Below, one piece after another: positions 37,871-47,832 of a DNA stretch of 64,000 bases (positions within the stretch are counted from its first letter, which is position 1; every line of letters begins with the position of its first letter). The translations under genes were made by a program, and so were the position numbers. The DNA is taken from NCBI GenBank assembly GCA_001780275.1, contig MFGB01000016.1:92161-156160 (forward strand), given 5' to 3'. The notes beneath the pieces are model-generated. The model did no database searches. It saw only the letters and a list, made by a program, of their open reading frames with translations, and was not told the origin of the DNA. The DNA is from Candidatus Falkowbacteria bacterium RIFOXYA2_FULL_47_19 (GTDB lineage: Bacteria > Patescibacteriota > Patescibacteriia > Patescibacteriales > UBA12075).

Positions 37871-39145
37871 ATGATATTAGACAAATTGGTACAAATCTGG
37901 AAAGCCAAAGATCTAAGGAAAAACATCCTTTTCGTTTTAAGTATGCTGATCATATTCCGTTTTGCGGCCCATATTCCGGTTCCCGGGGTCGATACCGCGG
38001 CTCTGCGGGATTTTTTCGCGTCAAACCAGATTTTGGGTTTATTGAATGTCTTTTCCGGCGGCGGCATGGAGAATTTTTCGATCGTCATGATGGGTATCGC
38101 GCCCTACATTACCGCTTCCATCATTTTTCAGCTTTTAGCCATGATAATTCCGAAAATGGAGGAGATGCAGAAGGAAGAAGCCGGGCGGCAGAAGATAAAT
38201 ATGTGGACGCGCTGGTTAACAGTTCCTTTGTCCGCCATGCAGGCTTTCGCCATGATCACGCTTCTTAGGCGCTCATCCGCTAATATTTTAGGAGAAGTTT
38301 CCGGTTTTAACCTATTCACCATGATCTTAACTATTACGGCCGGCACTATATTCCTGATGTGGATCGGCGAGCTTATTACGGAAAAGAAGGTCGGCAACGG
38401 CATTTCCCTCCTGATCTTCGCCGGTATCGTCGCAAGTCTTCCTTCCGCGATCCAACAGGCGATCGTTCAGTTCGAAGCGGGCGACCTTTTTGTGTTGATC
38501 GGTTTTCCGGCAATCGCGATCATTACGGTTATCGGCGTGGTCGTGATCACTGAGGCGCAGCGCAATATCCCGGTCCAGTACGCCAAACAGATCCGGGGAA
38601 ACCGCATGTACGGCGGCACCTCGACCCATCTTCCCCTCCGGGTAAATATGGCCGGCGTCATACCGATAATCTTCGCGATTTCCGTGGTCTTATTCCCGCC
38701 TATGGTCGCCCAGTTTTTCGTCCATGCCCGTTCGGCCTGGATCGCGAAATCGGCCGAATGGATTATTACCCTTTTTAATAACCAGCTTTTTTACGGCATA
38801 TCTTATTTTCTTCTGGTTTTTGCTTTCACTTATTTTTATACGGAAGTTATTTTCCATCCGACCCAGATCGCCGAGAATCTCCAGAAGCAGGGAGGGTTTA
38901 TTCCCGGTATCCGACCAGGCCGGCATACTAGTGAATATTTGGCTAACACTACGCATAAAATTATATTCGTGGGCGCTTTATTCTTGGGAGCGATCGCCAT
39001 CCTACCTCTTATTATGCGCTATTTTACCGGCATGCAGTCTTTGGCGATCGGCGGCACGAGTCTTTTGATCGTCGTGGCCGTGGTCATTGAAACCGTCAAA
39101 CAGGTAGAATCGCAGCTGACCATGCGCGAGTACGAAGGGATGTAA
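37871..39145 (+). CDS. secY: Preprotein translocase SecY
   Basis: PYITASIIFQL, GNGISLLIF, FIPGIRPG, GGTSLLIVV. Confidence 0.99.
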   Translation: MILDKLVQIWKAKDLRKNILFVLSMLIIFRFAAHIPVPGVDTAALRDFFASNQILGLLNVFSGGGMENFSIVMMGIAPYITASIIFQLLAMIIPKMEEMQKEEAGRQKINMWTRWLTVPLSAMQAFAMITLLRRSSANILGEVSGFNLFTMILTITAGTIFLMWIGELITEKKVGNGISLLIFAGIVASLPSAIQQAIVQFEAGDLFVLIGFPAIAIITVIGVVVITEAQRNIPVQYAKQIRGNRMYGGTSTHLPLRVNMAGVIPIIFAISVVLFPPMVAQFFVHARSAWIAKSAEWIITLFNNQLFYGISYFLLVFAFTYFYTEVIFHPTQIAENLQKQGGFIPGIRPGRHTSEYLANTTHKIIFVGALFLGAIAILPLIMRYFTGMQSLAIGGTSLLIVVAVVIETVKQVESQLTMREYEGM

Positions 39146-39173
39146 TTGTGTTTTTGAATAGTTTATATTAGTT

Positions 39174-39199
39174 CCGGCCCAACGGCCGGTTTTTGTTTT
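39174..39199 (+). terminator. Intrinsic terminator ending spc operon
   Basis: CCGGCC-CAAC-GGCCGG plus T run. Confidence 0.75.
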
Positions 39200-39336
39200 A
39201 TAGTAATCATATAAAAAACTTTTTTATAATTTACCGTAGATACTGCCATTAGCGGAAGCCAGCGGAGAGTGTTAGTATTTTTTTAAAAAGTATTGTATAA
39301 TAAATTTACATTAGAATTTATAATTTATAAAAATTT

Positions 39337-40200
39337 ATGAAGAAAAAGATAATTTATCTTTTTATTATTTTATCGTTGCCGATTTTGTTTTCGGCTTGTT
39401 CCCGGGTAACTTCGATCGAGAAGGAGGGCGCTCCGGAGCTAAAGAAGATCAGGATTTCCGGATCAGGATCGGGTTTGAATATATTAAGCTCGGTAATAGA
39501 GCTTTTTAAAGAGGATAACCCGGACATTAAAATCGAGATCTTGCCCGGTACCGGCACGGGCGAAGGGATTATCGGTGTGGACCAGGGAGTCCTGGATATT
39601 TGTTTGGGCGCCAGAGAAATGAACGAAGAAGAAAGGGGGAAATACCCCGACCTGACGGAATCGACGTTCGTTCTAGATGCCATGGTCTTAACTATCCACA
39701 ATTCACAGAGCATAGATAATTTAAGCAAAGAGAATATTGTCGATATTTTTTCCGGACGGATAAATAATTGGAAAGAACTCGGGGGCAATGACGCCGAGAT
39801 AGTAATACTCGATCGGGAGGAAAGCGAATCCAGCAAGCTTTTGTTGAGAAAATACATCCTGGGCGAAGATCTGGAGGTAGATAAGGACGCGGTATTGATC
39901 CACAGCGCGGCATCGATGGACGAAGCGCTTGAATTATCGGTTAACGCCATGGGCCAAACCTCTTTAGGGATGATAAAATACAAAAAATTACCGGTCAAAG
40001 CTTTGTCTATAGACGGAATTTCGCCCAACGAAGAAACGGTAAGGAGCGGCAGCTACGAGATGGTCCGTCGGTACGGCATAATATATGATCAGGTCAAGTT
40101 GACCCCGGAGGCAGAGAAATTGATCGATTATCTTCATAGTCCGGAGGTAAAGAGCGCGTTAAGTTCATTCGGGTTTTTCCCGGAAGATGACGAATTATGA
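39337..40200 (+). CDS. PstS-like (PBP2) phosphate/anion substrate-binding lipoprotein
   Basis: Lipobox FSAC; ISGSGS, GTGTGEGI, IFSGRINNWKELGG, REESESS. Confidence 0.8.
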   Translation: MKKKIIYLFIILSLPILFSACSRVTSIEKEGAPELKKIRISGSGSGLNILSSVIELFKEDNPDIKIEILPGTGTGEGIIGVDQGVLDICLGAREMNEEERGKYPDLTESTFVLDAMVLTIHNSQSIDNLSKENIVDIFSGRINNWKELGGNDAEIVILDREESESSKLLLRKYILGEDLEVDKDAVLIHSAASMDEALELSVNAMGQTSLGMIKYKKLPVKALSIDGISPNEETVRSGSYEMVRRYGIIYDQVKLTPEAEKLIDYLHSPEVKSALSSFGFFPEDDEL

Positions 40201-41177
40201 AATTCAAGATATTCCACAAGATAATCGTCAGTTTTTTATCGCTGATCCTTTTATTTACCGGGGCGATATCGTACGTGATTTATAACACGAAAACGACATT
40301 TGAAGAGGTTGAAAGAAATACGGAGCTCGTACACGGTATTTACGAGCTGACCATAGTTTTGCATCAGCTATCAAACGTTACTAAGGACTACACTCTCAAC
40401 AGGGAAAAAGGAACGGCCGAAGGATTAAGAAGCATGTGGGTGAATTATTTTTATAAGATGAATTCAGCCTTGGAATATCTTAAGGATAATGGATCATATC
40501 CGGAAGCGGTCGGTTTGATCGAAGAAAATATATTGATCGTCAATAATAACGTCGATATGGTGGTCGATATCAATGCTCTTTTGTCGGTTACTTCGGACGA
40601 GGGCAAAAAGGAAGAGCTTATTAAAGAGCGGGAAAACGCGTTGGGCGAGCTTAATGTCCTGCAGAAAAAGATCTCCGGTATAGTCGAGAATGTCAACGCG
40701 GAGGCGGAAGAGGAATACCACCTGTCCATGCGCAGGAACCAGGATATTATCACGGCCGCTTATTATATATTCATGTTCGTGATCATTCTCTCGTTCATCC
40801 TGGCGGTGCTTATCTCTTATTCGATATCGATCCCGATACATAAGCTCTATAAAGGCACGGAGGCGATCGAAAAGGGGAATTTAGATTTTAAAGTAGGCAC
40901 GGACGCCGGCGACGAGATCGGCCAACTGTCACGTTCTTTCGACAAGATGGTATCGGCCTTCAAGAAATCCCTGCAAAAAATAGAATCGCAGAACAGGACC
41001 CTGGACGAAGAAGTGAAAATAAGGACAAAAGAACTCGATGAAAAGAATAAAGAGCTTGAGCGGACACTGGAAGATTTTTATACTATCCGTTTGGGCATGC
41101 AAAGAGATCTGGAAAAAGGAACCGTCAGCGAGGAAAATAAAAAAATAAGGGAAAGGCTGGATAAGCTCAAAAGGTAA
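40197..41177 (+). CDS. Membrane sensor with HAMP domain and coiled-coil tail; no kinase domain
   Basis: Two TMs, helical periplasmic domain, DEIGQLSRSFDKM. ATGA overlap with the PstS-like gene. Confidence 0.8.
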   Translation: MKFKIFHKIIVSFLSLILLFTGAISYVIYNTKTTFEEVERNTELVHGIYELTIVLHQLSNVTKDYTLNREKGTAEGLRSMWVNYFYKMNSALEYLKDNGSYPEAVGLIEENILIVNNNVDMVVDINALLSVTSDEGKKEELIKERENALGELNVLQKKISGIVENVNAEAEEEYHLSMRRNQDIITAAYYIFMFVIILSFILAVLISYSISIPIHKLYKGTEAIEKGNLDFKVGTDAGDEIGQLSRSFDKMVSAFKKSLQKIESQNRTLDEEVKIRTKELDEKNKELERTLEDFYTIRLGMQRDLEKGTVSEENKKIRERLDKLKR

Positions 41178-41284
41178 TTTGACGGCACCGATTGACAACG
41201 CAGAAAAACTCAGGTTATACTTAAAATATCCATAAATATCGCTTTTTTAACTTTAATAGAAGCTCGGGCAAAAAGAGGTGAAAA

Positions 41285-41482
41285 ATGGACGAGAAAACCA
41301 GGGAACTTTTCGGGCAATTCGTGGGTAAACACGTTTTTTTTGAAGGTAATGAGTATATTTTACGGGAAGTCGGCGAATTTTGCGGCCTCTCCGGCCAATG
41401 GCTGGCGAATGAACCGAACTGTTATTACGAAAAAGTGAATGTCTGGGTCCATTACAGCCGCTTGGTCCTTTGGGGACTGTAA
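41285..41482 (+). CDS. Small hypothetical protein
   Basis: Promoter TTGACA-N18-TATACT (41192-41221), SD GAGGTG, hairpin terminator after the stop. Confidence 0.55.
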   Translation: MDEKTRELFGQFVGKHVFFEGNEYILREVGEFCGLSGQWLANEPNCYYEKVNVWVHYSRLVLWGL

Positions 41483-41639
41483 AGGTCCCGAATTTTAAAA
41501 ATTCCGTTGATCCTTCCGCAAATCGGAAGGATTTTATTATTGAACGCATTTATTTGAAATTCGACAATCATTTATGTTATAATAAAAGCAATCGCGAAAT
41601 AGCCGAAGAAAGGCCTTTTAACGCAAAAAAAGAAAAATC

Positions 41640-43343
41640 GTGGATCCGATCATCAGCCTCAAAAATATAAATTTCGTCTATAATAAGGGTAAGGACAATG
41701 AATTCCAGGCTCTTATTAACGTTAATCTGGAAATTTACCCCGAAGAATTTATAATTATCTTCGGGCCTTCCGGCTGCGGCAAATCTTCCCTTTTAAACGT
41801 TTTGGCCGGACTGGAAACGCCCGATTCCGGCACGATCTCTATTTTGGGCAAAGACATGATGACCTTAAGCAAGAAGGATTTCGCCTGGTATCACCGCAAC
41901 CAGCTAGGCATGATCTATCAGGCTTATAACCTGATCACGAGCCTGACCGTTCTTGAAAATGTCGCCCTGCCCCAGATATTCCTCAATGTCCGTAAGAGAA
42001 AGAGAGAGAAGTGGTCATTATCGCTTCTGGAGCGCTTCGGGATCGTTAAACACGCCCAAAAGATCCCCACTGAATTATCAGGCGGCCAGCAGCAGCGGAT
42101 CGGCATCGCCCGGTCGATCGTCAATAATCCCAAACTTATATTGGCGGACGAGCCCGTCGGCAACCTTGACTCTGTTTCGGCCCAGAACGTTTTCGATATC
42201 CTGGAAGAACTTAATGAAAAAGAAAAAAAGACCATTATTCTGGTTACCCATAATCCTGAAAATCTCGACTACGCCGATCGCATAATCTACATGAAAGACG
42301 GGATCATAACCCGTGAGGTCGTTAACCGCGAAAAACACAAGAAAGAAAAGAAGGTCGGACCCGGAGCTGAGGTTAAAAGCGCCATAAACCAGATGGAGGA
42401 CCTCATGCGCGCTTATCACGGTCTGTCGCCGGAACAGATCAATATCCTGATCATGCCCTATAAGGCCAAGGTCTTCGCGCACCATTTCATAACCACGCGG
42501 AACATGGAGGAAACCAGGGTCTTCGAGGAATCTATCCAGCGTCGGCTCCTGGGCACGATCTCGCAGGAAGAATTATATGACATACTTAACCGCAATTCAA
42601 GCGACGGCGGCGTCGGTTTCGATAAAAGAACGACCGATAAGATACTGCGAAGGGTTAACCGTATTATCCGTATGGCCTACTTCGTCTATCAGAAAGATCG
42701 GCAGAGAAAGGATGTGGGCGGGGAACACGTGAAGATCGACTGGGACGAGAAAACGGAAAAGCTGACAAGCTACCTCCTTATGTCTTGCTATCAGGAATAT
42801 TATAAGCATTTGGAAAAAGAGCAGACGGAGCGTTTAAAGAAGGTGGTGCACGACCGGATCGTGGGGAATATCAACAAGATCCAGTTTTTCGGATATCTTG
42901 ATCAACCGTTTCATGACGGGGGAGTGGGGCTTAACAGGAAAACCGCCAGAGCCATCACCGAAGAGATCGAGCTTATATTGATATTGGGATTCGGCATAGT
43001 CGAGATGATGCACCAACGGCAGTCGTTCATGAACCGCAATGCCGTCGGGCAACCCCCCAAACCGGAACCGTCGGGCAAAGAAGAAATAACGGCATCGGCC
43101 GCGGAAAAAAGCGAAGCGGAACCGGTTAAAGCCCCGGCAGCGGAGATGCCTCCGGGACCGGAGGAGATTATAGACCCCAAAGAGGCGGAAATCATCATTA
43201 ACGATATCGTAAGCCCCATCGGCGATGTCGGCATGAAAGATTTTGCCAACGTTATGAATCAGGCAAGATTGAAGCTTAAGGGTTCTTTGTCGGATGATAA
43301 GCTGGGCGACTTGGTAACTAAAGCGATTTTGTCGAGAAAATAA
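41640..43343 (+). CDS. ABC ATPase (LolD/MacB-like) fused to a long C-terminal domain with a duplicated DGGVG motif
   Basis: GPSGCGKS, LSGGQQQR, LADEPVGNLD, VTH; C-terminal DGGVGFDKRT and DGGVGLNRKT. Confidence 0.9.
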   Translation: MDPIISLKNINFVYNKGKDNEFQALINVNLEIYPEEFIIIFGPSGCGKSSLLNVLAGLETPDSGTISILGKDMMTLSKKDFAWYHRNQLGMIYQAYNLITSLTVLENVALPQIFLNVRKRKREKWSLSLLERFGIVKHAQKIPTELSGGQQQRIGIARSIVNNPKLILADEPVGNLDSVSAQNVFDILEELNEKEKKTIILVTHNPENLDYADRIIYMKDGIITREVVNREKHKKEKKVGPGAEVKSAINQMEDLMRAYHGLSPEQINILIMPYKAKVFAHHFITTRNMEETRVFEESIQRRLLGTISQEELYDILNRNSSDGGVGFDKRTTDKILRRVNRIIRMAYFVYQKDRQRKDVGGEHVKIDWDEKTEKLTSYLLMSCYQEYYKHLEKEQTERLKKVVHDRIVGNINKIQFFGYLDQPFHDGGVGLNRKTARAITEEIELILILGFGIVEMMHQRQSFMNRNAVGQPPKPEPSGKEEITASAAEKSEAEPVKAPAAEMPPGPEEIIDPKEAEIIINDIVSPIGDVGMKDFANVMNQARLKLKGSLSDDKLGDLVTKAILSRK

Positions 43344-43368
43344 ATAAGATCATTATTTTGGATAATTT

Positions 43369-44571
43369 ATGTTAATCACGGATATTTTCAGATTAGCGAC
43401 CAGGATGTTCCGGACCAATCGTTCCCGGACGATCCTTACTATCCTGGGTATAAGCGTCGGTATCGGGGCCATTCTTTTTTTGGTTTCTTTAGGTTATGGT
43501 CTTCAGGAGATGATTTTAAGGCAGATCACGACCTCCGAAGCTCTTTTAAGCCTCGACGTTTCTACCGGCGATCTTGAGAACCTGAAGATCAATAAGGATA
43601 CTATCGGTGACATAAGCTCGATTCCGGGTGTGGAAAAGCTAAGCCCTCTGGTGTCGGTCCAGGTGCAGATGGGGGTCGAAGACATATCTTCGGAGTTGAC
43701 CGCTAATTTCGCGGACAGCAATTATTTCCGGCTCGACGGAACGACGCTTAAAAAAGGCTCGTTCTACAAAGACGAGCCCGGAGACGTGAAAAAGGTCATT
43801 ATTTCCTCCTCGGCCCTCCAGCTTTTTAATTTAAGCGAAGACGAGGCTTTTGGAAGATTGATAAGGTTTTCCATATTTTTGCCCGAAAAGGAAGAGGATA
43901 AGATCATCCGCGAATCCGTGGAATTGGGCCAGGACTTCCGGATCGTCGGCATTATCGAAGAAGAGGGATCGAACTACGTTTATCTTCCTTTCGCGATCAG
44001 CGAAAAAATGGAGATATTCGATTATAGCAAGGTTAAGGTCAAGGTCGATAGAAAAGAGAACCTTGATATCGTCAGATCGGCGGTTATCGACAAGGGCTAT
44101 ATCGTAAGCGCCCTCTCGGACGTCATCGAGCAGGCGAATCAGGTTTTCGGCATCGTCCAGATAGTTTTAGCTTCGTTCGGCATCGTCGCTCTTATAGTTT
44201 CCGCTATCGGCATGTTCAACACCATGACGATCGCCCTTCTGGAGCGGACCCAGGAGATCGGCATCATGAAAGCTCTGGGCGCGACCAGCCTCGATATCTG
44301 GAACATGTTCCTGGCCGAATCGATAATCATCGGTTTCTTCGGGGGATTGGGAGGAATTATCATCGGCATGGCCGGAGGCGAGGTTTTTAATTATGGCGTC
44401 AATCTTTTGGCCGGAGCTTTGGGCGGGGAAAAGATCGATATGTTCTTTACTCCTTACTGGTTCGTTTTGCTCATCATCTCTTTTTCGACCATTGTCGGCC
44501 TTCTAACCGGTTTTTATCCGGCCCGCCGCGCCGCCCGCATCAACGCCTTGGAAGCGTTGCGGTATAAATAA
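43369..44571 (+). CDS. MacB/FtsX-family ABC permease
   Basis: RTILTILGISVGIG, ERTQEIGIMKALGA, YPARRAA...EALRY. Confidence 0.93.
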   Translation: MLITDIFRLATRMFRTNRSRTILTILGISVGIGAILFLVSLGYGLQEMILRQITTSEALLSLDVSTGDLENLKINKDTIGDISSIPGVEKLSPLVSVQVQMGVEDISSELTANFADSNYFRLDGTTLKKGSFYKDEPGDVKKVIISSSALQLFNLSEDEAFGRLIRFSIFLPEKEEDKIIRESVELGQDFRIVGIIEEEGSNYVYLPFAISEKMEIFDYSKVKVKVDRKENLDIVRSAVIDKGYIVSALSDVIEQANQVFGIVQIVLASFGIVALIVSAIGMFNTMTIALLERTQEIGIMKALGATSLDIWNMFLAESIIIGFFGGLGGIIIGMAGGEVFNYGVNLLAGALGGEKIDMFFTPYWFVLLIISFSTIVGLLTGFYPARRAARINALEALRYK

Positions 44572-44589
44572 TTTTTTACATTTTGAATT

Positions 44590-45366
44590 ATGCTTAATCC
44601 TAAAATAAAGATCAATAAGCGGGACGCTTTGAAGAAATTGACCAAGATCCCCGGACTACTGACGCGATTCGGCTATGGAAAAATAGGGGAGCTCGCGCAA
44701 ACAGTAAGCGACAACGGTTATTATAAAGAACGCATCAAGGCTTATGAAAAGGAACACGGTTTGGACCGGCAGATGATAAAAAAGATCGAAGAGGGCTTGG
44801 GCGAAACGGAAAAAGACCGGTCCCAGATAAGCCGGGAGTATAAGTGGGTGCGGAATAAGGTTGACGGCTATATTAATCCCACGATCGACCAGAAAATCGT
44901 TGAGTCGATCAAGGAGGGGAAAAGCAGTATCAAACAGATAATCAATCAGGCGAAGCGCGATCAGGCGATATACCATCGCCGCCTTAAGGCGGGACATAAG
45001 GATTACGCCCGGAATCTCCAAAAGGGGCGGTTCGCCATAATGGCGGAACGGAAAGCGAGCGCTCTGGATAAAGCTTTGACGAGCGGCACCGGAGAGATCC
45101 AGCGGCGCAAAGCCTTGGGCTTGTCTTATGGCGGCGGAGATGTTTCCGCTTTGAGCGGTGATCCGGAAAAAACCGCCTCTTTGACGTCGCAGGGAGGTTC
45201 GGCGACGGCGGTCAATACCGAAGCCCACGGAGTCGCGGCGGCTATCGGTTCGAAACAGGAAAAGACGAAGGGGAATCCGGGGGGGTTGCCCAGCTCTTTA
45301 GGCGGCAAACTATCGCCCTTCGCCGGCGGCGGTGTTCCCCCGATCGGTTTTTCGAAGAAATTTTAG
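44590..45366 (+). CDS. Hypothetical basic protein
   Basis: 258-aa ORF in operon context with a Gly-rich tail. Confidence 0.65.
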   Translation: MLNPKIKINKRDALKKLTKIPGLLTRFGYGKIGELAQTVSDNGYYKERIKAYEKEHGLDRQMIKKIEEGLGETEKDRSQISREYKWVRNKVDGYINPTIDQKIVESIKEGKSSIKQIINQAKRDQAIYHRRLKAGHKDYARNLQKGRFAIMAERKASALDKALTSGTGEIQRRKALGLSYGGGDVSALSGDPEKTASLTSQGGSATAVNTEAHGVAAAIGSKQEKTKGNPGGLPSSLGGKLSPFAGGGVPPIGFSKKF

Positions 45367-45424
45367 CCGGTTAATTTTTTATAGCGGGCATAGATCATAA
45401 TTTGTGTTTATGCCGAATATCGAT

Positions 45425-46279
45425 ATGATCAGAATAAAAACCAAAGCGGAAATCGAAGTATTAAGAGAGGGGGGCAAGAAGCTGGCCTCCGTTTTAAATA
45501 TGGTGGCGAAAAAAGCCGTGCCGGGAGCGACCACGGGAGAGCTCGAAGATCTGGCCTGCGCTTTGATAGAAAAAGCCGGCGGCCGCCCGGCTTTTAAGGG
45601 TTTATCGATGGGGAACGGCGATATTTTTCCGACCGCTTTATGTACGTCGATCAACGACGAGATCGTGCACGCCCCGGCTAAGCCCGGTCGCGCCCTTAAA
45701 TCCGGCGATATTGTCGGGATCGATATCGGCATGGAATACCCCGTCCGCGCCGGCGTTTCGGCGGGCCAGATCCCTGATGCTTTGGATGGGGGTATGCCGC
45801 GCAATAGGTATTCTCCCCGGGGCGGATATTTTACGGATATGGCCGTAACCGTCATGGTGGGACCGGTCGATAAAAAAGCCAGACTGCTTGTCGAGACGAC
45901 TGAAGCGGCCCTGTTTTTGGGGATAAAAACGGTCAAACCGGGAAGTACTTTAGACGATATCGGCCGGGTCATCCAGGGTTTCGTGGAAAAAAGGGGGTTT
46001 TCCGTGGTGCGGGAATTGGTCGGCCACGGGGTAGGGCACAAGATCCACGAAGATCCGCAGGTGCCGCATTACGCCATAACGGACAATAGCGTCAAAAACG
46101 TGGTTTTAAAACCCGGGATGGTCATAGCGATCGAACCGATGGTCAATACCGGCACATGGAAGATCAGGCTCGGGAAAGACGGCCTTACCTATTTGACGGC
46201 CGATGGCGGGCTTTCCGCTCAGTTCGAGCATACGGTCGCCGTCACTCACGCGGGATACGAAATATTGACCGCGTTATAA
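45425..46279 (+). CDS. map: Methionine aminopeptidase type I
   Basis: CTSINDEIVH, GHGVG..IHEDP, IAIEPM, SAQFEHTVAV. ATG 45425 preferred. Confidence 0.96.
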   Translation: MIRIKTKAEIEVLREGGKKLASVLNMVAKKAVPGATTGELEDLACALIEKAGGRPAFKGLSMGNGDIFPTALCTSINDEIVHAPAKPGRALKSGDIVGIDIGMEYPVRAGVSAGQIPDALDGGMPRNRYSPRGGYFTDMAVTVMVGPVDKKARLLVETTEAALFLGIKTVKPGSTLDDIGRVIQGFVEKRGFSVVRELVGHGVGHKIHEDPQVPHYAITDNSVKNVVLKPGMVIAIEPMVNTGTWKIRLGKDGLTYLTADGGLSAQFEHTVAVTHAGYEILTAL

Positions 46280-46283
46280 CAAA

Positions 46284-46679
46284 ATGAACATGGATAAAAA
46301 GACAACTAGATATTTAGGGATCGATTGGGGAGAAAAACGGATCGGGCTGGCGCTGGGGGATGACGAAACCGGGATTGCGACGCCCTGCGGGGTAGTCGAT
46401 TCGGTTGCCGGTATTTTGGATTTGACGAAAGAAGAGGAAATAGATAAGATCATAATCGGGCTTCCGGTCAAGATGTCGGGCGCGAAGAACGAAACTTCGC
46501 CCGCTTTCGATAAGTTCGTAAAATATTTGCGGGATAATTCCGGCGTTCCGGTCGAATTCATGGACGAGAGGCTAACGAGCAAAGCCGCAGACGCGTTACC
46601 GGGAACTAAAAAGACCAAAGCCGCCCGCGACTCTATCGCGGCCATGCTTATCCTCCAGGCTTATCTGGATAAATCTTAA
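46284..46679 (+). CDS. ruvX: YqgF/RuvX-family nuclease
   Basis: LGIDWGEKRIGLA, GLP, DERLTS, DSIAAMLILQAYLD. Confidence 0.95.
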   Translation: MNMDKKTTRYLGIDWGEKRIGLALGDDETGIATPCGVVDSVAGILDLTKEEEIDKIIIGLPVKMSGAKNETSPAFDKFVKYLRDNSGVPVEFMDERLTSKAADALPGTKKTKAARDSIAAMLILQAYLDKS

Positions 46680-46693
46680 TCCCGTCTATCGCC

Positions 46694-47422
46694 ATGGAAG
46701 AAACTTACGCCACTCGGGCCATAATTTTAAAACGGGAACCGTTCCGGGAACGCGACAGCCGAATCGTCGTACTCTCTCCCGACCGGGGAAAGCTTGAGCT
46801 TATCGTTCGCGGCACCAAGAACTTAAAATCGAAAATGGCCGGCCATATCGAGCCGGTAAGCCTGGTAAATTTCATGGTAGTGCGCGGGCGTATTTGCGAT
46901 TACGCCGGGAACGCGATAAACGAAAAAAGTTACGCGGGGATAAAAAACGACCTGTCCAAGCTCGTTTGGGTCGGAAAATCCTTTAATTTTTTGGAAAAGG
47001 CCATAAAGCCGAACGAGACCGTCGACGCTGACCGTTTCTTCGCGCTTCTGAATGACTATCTGGAAATTGTCGATCGCGGCCTAAAGCCGGAGAATTACGA
47101 AATTTTCCATAATTTTTTTCTGCTTAAATCCATGTCGCTTTTAGGATACGCTCCGGAATTGTATAATTGCTTTCGCTGCCGCGAAAAGATCCTGCCGCAA
47201 GGGAATTATTTTAAGCCCGCTCACGGGGGTATCGGCTGCGGCAATTGCCGGGAAGCGCGCGGCCAGGATGATCCGGCGATTTCCGACAACTGCGTAAAAG
47301 TCTTAAGATCGGTCCTGAAAGACGGATTAAGCCGTTTGGCCAAGTTTAAAATCGACAATGGTCTGGGAAGGGAAACGATCAATATTATCGGTTCGTTTAA
47401 AAACTATCACGCGGATTTTTAA
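46694..47422 (+). CDS. recO: DNA repair protein RecO (Zn-finger type)
   Basis: AIILKREPFRERDSRIV, LLGYAPELYNCFRC, GGIGCGNC. Confidence 0.93.
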   Translation: MEETYATRAIILKREPFRERDSRIVVLSPDRGKLELIVRGTKNLKSKMAGHIEPVSLVNFMVVRGRICDYAGNAINEKSYAGIKNDLSKLVWVGKSFNFLEKAIKPNETVDADRFFALLNDYLEIVDRGLKPENYEIFHNFFLLKSMSLLGYAPELYNCFRCREKILPQGNYFKPAHGGIGCGNCREARGQDDPAISDNCVKVLRSVLKDGLSRLAKFKIDNGLGRETINIIGSFKNYHADF

Positions 47423-47453
47423 AATTTTTAGCCGCGGAAAACCGGAGGGCTCG

Positions 47454-47660
47454 ATGTTAAAAGCAGTGGTGATTTTTTTTATCTTTTTTGGTTTCTTGGT
47501 TTGGTTTTTTTTGAGGGGTCGGTCTTGTCCGGCCTGCAAATCTACCGATATCGATATCGATATTGAAAGATGCTTCGGACTTCCCATGCGCGAGATCCAT
47601 ACCTGCGAAAAATGCGGTTACCAATGGAAAAAGAATATTCGCGGGGAGCGAAATTTTTAA
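47454..47660 (+). CDS. Small membrane-anchored zinc-ribbon protein
   Basis: SD GGAGGG; TM, then CPACKS...CEKCGYQW; terminator at 47679-47708. Confidence 0.65.
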   Translation: MLKAVVIFFIFFGFLVWFFLRGRSCPACKSTDIDIDIERCFGLPMREIHTCEKCGYQWKKNIRGERNF

Positions 47661-47832
47661 ACGCCGCCTAACGCGAGTAAAGCCTCCGGCATTTAAGCCG
47701 GAGTTTTTATATATTATCAGTCTTTGATGATTTTATGCTAATATTAAATAATATATATGTATCTGGGACGACGGAAGTATTGATTGTGAAGATTAATTTG
47801 ACATTTATCTTTATTTTGGATAATATTATTTA

